NCBI GenBank assembly: GCA_900547975.1
Contig: URIX01000002.1
Location: forward strand, 17,879-81,878
Length of the DNA stretch: 64,000 nucleotides
Source: an uncultured Eubacteriales bacterium
Lineage (GTDB): Bacteria > Bacillota > Clostridia > Christensenellales > CAG-917
Reading direction: 5' to 3'
Shown here: piece by piece, positions 62,767 through 64,000 of the stretch
Numbering within the stretch: the first letter of the stretch is position 1
How the letters are laid out: every line of letters starts with the position of its first letter
Program-made: the position numbers and the translations under genes
The notes under the pieces: model-generated
Databases searched by the model: none
What the model saw: only the letters and a program-made list of their open reading frames with translations
What the model was told of the DNA's origin: nothing

Positions 62767-63546
62767 ATGAAAGTCGGCATATCGACGGCAACGTTTTTCA
62801 CAAAAGTTTTGACCGAGGATTCGTTCTCGGTCATTAAACGTTTAGGGGCGGACACTTGCGAGGTGTTCCTGACCACATTTTACGAGTACAAAGACGCCTT
62901 TGCGCAACTTCTTAAAGAACGCAAAGGCGATTTTGACGTTTATTCGGTGCACTCGCTAAACACTCAGTTCGAACCGCAACTGTTCAACAAAGCACCCAGA
63001 ACGTACAACGACGCGGAAGAAATATTCCGCTCTGTGCTGTCGGCGGGAAGAACGCTCGGCGCAAAAGCGTACACTTTTCACGCGCAGGCGAGATTGAAAC
63101 AAAGCGTGTATATCGACCCGAAGTTCGTGGGCGAGCGTATGACAAAACTCGGAGCAATCGCAAACGAGTACGGCATAAAACTCTGTCTTGAAAACGTGCA
63201 TTGGGCAACTTTCGATTCGCCCGAATTTTACAGGCAAATGAAGCCGTATGCGAGCGGTATCGGCACGGTTTTGGACATCAAGCAGGCAAGACAGTCGGGT
63301 TACGACTGGCGAGAGTATCTCGCCGTTATGGGCAAGGACCTTACGAACGTTCACGTCAGCGACGTAAAAGACGGTCAAATCGCGATGGTGGGCAAGGGCG
63401 AATTTCCGTTCAAAGAACTCGTGGTAAGGCTCAAAGATGTCGGCTACGACGGACCGCTTATCATCGAGCAGTATGCGGGGAATTACGATTCCGTGGACGA
63501 AATTGCGGAATCCGTGCAATATCTTAAAAATATTTTGGAGGCATAA
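62767..63546 (+). CDS. sugar phosphate isomerase/epimerase (TIM barrel)
   Basis: FHAQ...LENVH...HVSD...IIEQY pattern, 259 aa. Confidence 0.6.
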   Translation: MKVGISTATFFTKVLTEDSFSVIKRLGADTCEVFLTTFYEYKDAFAQLLKERKGDFDVYSVHSLNTQFEPQLFNKAPRTYNDAEEIFRSVLSAGRTLGAKAYTFHAQARLKQSVYIDPKFVGERMTKLGAIANEYGIKLCLENVHWATFDSPEFYRQMKPYASGIGTVLDIKQARQSGYDWREYLAVMGKDLTNVHVSDVKDGQIAMVGKGEFPFKELVVRLKDVGYDGPLIIEQYAGNYDSVDEIAESVQYLKNILEA

Positions 63547-63551
63547 ACGCT

Positions 63552-64000
63552 ATGCAAATCAAGTTTGATTTCAACAATATGATGGAATCGTCCATCGGCG
63601 AGCAAGGCATCACCGAGAAAGAAATAGAGTCCGTTCTCGACAAGGCGCAGGACAGTTACGCATATTTCGAGAAGAACCGCGGCACAGGCTGGATGGGTTG
63701 GGCGGAACTTCCGTACAATCAAGAGGACGTCGTAAGAGATATTATCTACACGGCGGCGGAAGTCAGAGCGCATTACGAGAACTTTGTGGTTTTGGGTATC
63801 GGCGGAAGCGCGCTCGGTCCTATGGCGGTGTTCAACGCGCTTTGCCATTTCAGATACAACGAACTCGACCCCAAAAAGCGCGGCGTGAAATTCTACGTCG
63901 AGGACAACGTAGACCCCGAACGTATGCTTGCGCTTTTGGACGTTATCGACGTTGAAAAGACGATGTTCAACGTCATCACAAAGAGCGGCGCGACGAGCGA
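63552..64000 (+). CDS. pgi: glucose-6-phosphate isomerase, 5' part (runs off the window)
   Basis: Not in the ORF track because no stop is reached. The translation MQIKFDFNNMM...NRGTGWMGWAELPY...VVLGIGGSALGP...NVITKSGATS matches the Firmicute-type PGI N-terminus. Confidence 0.85.
   Translation, partial: MQIKFDFNNMMESSIGEQGITEKEIESVLDKAQDSYAYFEKNRGTGWMGWAELPYNQEDVVRDIIYTAAEVRAHYENFVVLGIGGSALGPMAVFNALCHFRYNELDPKKRGVKFYVEDNVDPERMLALLDVIDVEKTMFNVITKSGATS

Overview
This looks like a Firmicutes/Clostridia-type chromosomal segment: the tmRNA tag ends in ALAA, there is an McsA/McsB-ClpC operon, a single-chain GlyQS, AGGAGG ribosome-binding sites and hairpin plus T-run terminators. From left to right the window holds: ssrA with a reiterated 3' end; housekeeping genes (sdaA, typA, glyQS); a patch of small accessory genes and four tRNAs (Lys-CUU, Gly-GCC, Leu-UAG, Ala-CGC); a Fur/PerR-like regulator with rubrerythrin; a hexuronate utilisation locus (AraC, uxaC, uxuA, SDR, eda, kdgK, GPH transporter and extra enzymes); a cell-surface glycopolymer locus (rfbA/rfbB, fdtA/B/C, GT2, TagF-type, two cytidylyltransferases, HAD, Bcs1-like); a decayed AT-richer mobile island (about 37.8-50.3 kb) ending at tRNA-Lys(UUU); a five-tRNA operon (Gly-UCC, Arg-UCU, His, Gln, Lys-UUU); then housekeeping again (phosphoesterase, rdgB, Na/Pi transporter, dinB, galE, galU, mcsAB, clpC, hpf, pgi). 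The island carries recombinase pseudogenes and one seven-gene operon: vsr, three C5-methyltransferases, an HpaII-like endonuclease, an HNH nuclease and a GHKL ATPase with a TIR-like tail. The most unusual signal is non-coding and recurs. Six RNA genes (tmRNA, tRNA-Gly-GCC, Leu, Ala, His, Gly-UCC) are each followed by a 140-230 bp hairpin-rich insert that ends in a direct copy of the gene's own 3' end. At least four of these inserts (tmRNA, Gly-GCC, Leu, Ala) contain an inverted copy of the gene's T-arm split by two hairpins whose stems covary between loci. Other leads are a candidate invertible segment over the start of a sigma-like gene, 190-bp direct repeats bracketing 21.5 kb, and a Cys/Gly-rich micro-protein. 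All calls come from reading the sequence by eye. No database search, fold computation or GC calculation was run.
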